Source of the DNA: Mobula hypostoma
Lineage: Eukaryota
Assembly: GCF_963921235.1 (NCBI RefSeq)
Contig: NC_086118.1
Span: 24,864,001 to 24,928,000, forward strand
DNA: 64,000 nucleotides
Direction of reading: 5' to 3'
Every line of letters starts with the position of its first letter. Position 1 is the first letter of the stretch. The position numbers and the translations under genes are program-made. Under the pieces are notes generated by a model. It did not search any database and was not told the origin of the DNA. It was given only the letters and a program-made list of their open reading frames with translations. Positions 62,106 through 64,000 of the stretch are shown in pieces.

Positions 62106-64000
62106 TTGCAATGAATTCCAGAACCCACATGTTTATTCTGTGTTAGGATTCATGGACTTGTTTTAAATAAATTCTTAAGAATGAATTGAATAGTCCTTTT
62201 TATAATTTCTGAACACCTGTGGTCAACACGATGGTTGCAGTAACCAGGATCTTGAAAGAAAAGCTACTTCCAAAATGAGATGTCTGTTTTCCCTTGTCAA
62301 ATGAAATGAATATGTTATTTGAAATGGATATTCATTTAATAAGGTAATCTGTGATACTTTTCTATTTGAATTTTAAATAGATGGGGAAAATGTATATTAA
62401 GTTCTCAGTACTTAATCAAGAGAAAACAAATATAAAACTTTTTAAAAACTTTCTTTCAGACTGAAATATCCCAATGTGAAACGTATGAGCTTGATTGTAA
62501 AACTGTACTTATTACTAGCTTTGAAGGAAAGTTACATTGGCCACTCTCCACTCTCCACCTGATTCTGCAAGAATTCTTGTGCTGTATGTGGTTTATTTAA
62601 AGGTGCTTCCATAATCTCTAGAAATATATAATTTTTAAATTTTATATATGACAAATAACACTAGCAAATATTGCCACATTCTGAAGTATTACAGTAATAT
62701 GATCTATGAAATGAATATACTGTATATATCCTAATCTCCATGTTGCTGGAAGAAAATGGAGAAAGATCAAATGTAAATTGCACATACATTTCTTGTTCCA
62801 GGTTACTAAACTGAAGGCCTTGGAAATTCTTGTTTAAAAATGAACCATTTTGAAGCTGTTGTTGATGTTGACTTGTTCTGAAGTATTTTGTGTATTGTAT
62901 AGGACATAGGACACAAATATAATTGCACTGGATAATGAATCCTCACTTATACAATAAGAGGGAGTCAACATGCAAAATTTATGCTGCCTTTTCATTGAAA
63001 TGATTGTAGTTTTCCGCTATTACTGACCATCTTATTGCTTGGCTCATTGCTTATGCCAGCAATCTAATTCCATGAATGACTTAACACTAATTAAAACTAC
63101 TCTGCATTACTTGAAGCCAATATATGCACCTTGAAGGAGCAGTAGTGTACATGTGCAAGTCAGTGTAGACGTGTATGTTACTTGCCAAAAGCTTTATGAC
63201 ATGACATGGGAGAGAATGGGTTAACAGTTAGATTTAGTGATGCTGCAGAATTTCGGAGGAAAGTTGATTTGTATCCCTCAGGTGCAAATCCCCAAGACTG
63301 TTGTAACAGTCAATTTCCAAGAAACTGAAGCACTGCAGGTGGTTCATCATGTTGCCCCACCAACAGCACCACGAGATGGAACAACTCAATATTTCACACC
63401 GTGTCACTTACCAACAACCATCTCAGAACAAAATTACAAATTATTTTTGACATCCAGACTCCACCACATGTTCACACATTTTACAGTGCTGCAAGTGTCG
63501 CTCTTCCAAGTGACAGTTTCCTGCTATTCACAGTTCTTCCACCATGACAGCAACGTAATTCATATCTGTGAGAACCTCAACACTGATCTTTTCTAAATTT
63601 TGGACACAGGTGTGATCAGTGGGAGCAGCCAAAAAGAGAATATGTGGTCATATTGTCCCATCTTAATGGAGGAGACAATCCTCACCATGACTGGAAAAAC
63701 TATTTTTGAAGCCATAAACAGGGCTGTGTTCAATCCAAATATAGATGCAGTCTCCTGATCTATTGTTCTACTTCTGTCCCATTTTTCATGTGGCTTATAG
63801 TCTCCTCTAATTTACAATCTGCCAGTGGTATAAACACGCATCAACCTCCCACCTTCCTCTACCACATCCTTATGTCTATCTTTGTTTAGGTAGCCAGGAC
63901 CTCTACCCCGTTCAGATAAGATAGAGAAGGATGAAGTCTACCTTAGATAGTGGCTTATTTAGAATCTAGTTTGGAGGTTGAACCTGCACCAGCTTTCCAG

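Noticed and set aside
62790..62830. Strong acceptor TTTCTTGTTCCAG as ARHGAP44 exon 2
   Set aside because: Does not encode AEKTEVLSEDL and stops after a few codons in the required phase.

Overview
Eukaryotic, repeat-rich vertebrate DNA. The repeat families (V-SINE/HE1-like SINEs, Penelope termini, CR1 and Rex1/Babar LINEs) suggest a cartilaginous fish, probably a ray; this is inference. Two host genes point away from each other: the first coding exon of an FBXW10/CDRT1-like gene on the minus strand (4961-4418, CpG-island promoter with an RFX X-box) and the first coding exon of an ARHGAP44/RICH-family gene on the plus strand (53459-53514, CpG-island promoter with two opposed ZNF143-type sites). 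A complete tRNA-Gly(CCC) gene lies at 10431-10501 (minus). The rest is mostly nested transposons: CR1, Rex1/Babar, L1, RTE, Penelope, Gypsy, Tc1, Harbinger, SINEs and non-coding AAGATGGC-starting retroposons, several with exact target-site duplications. The best leads are (1) a TSD-bounded Penelope-derived insert in FBXW10 intron 1 carrying two tandem minimal hammerhead ribozyme motifs in the sense orientation of the pre-mRNA, (2) a chain of unique, splice-site-bounded minus-strand segments between about 9 and 38 kb that may be a decayed or unannotated gene, and (3) a candidate 6-nt microexon. Protein and repeat family calls rest on remembered sequences, not on searches. Boundaries of decayed repeats are approximate.
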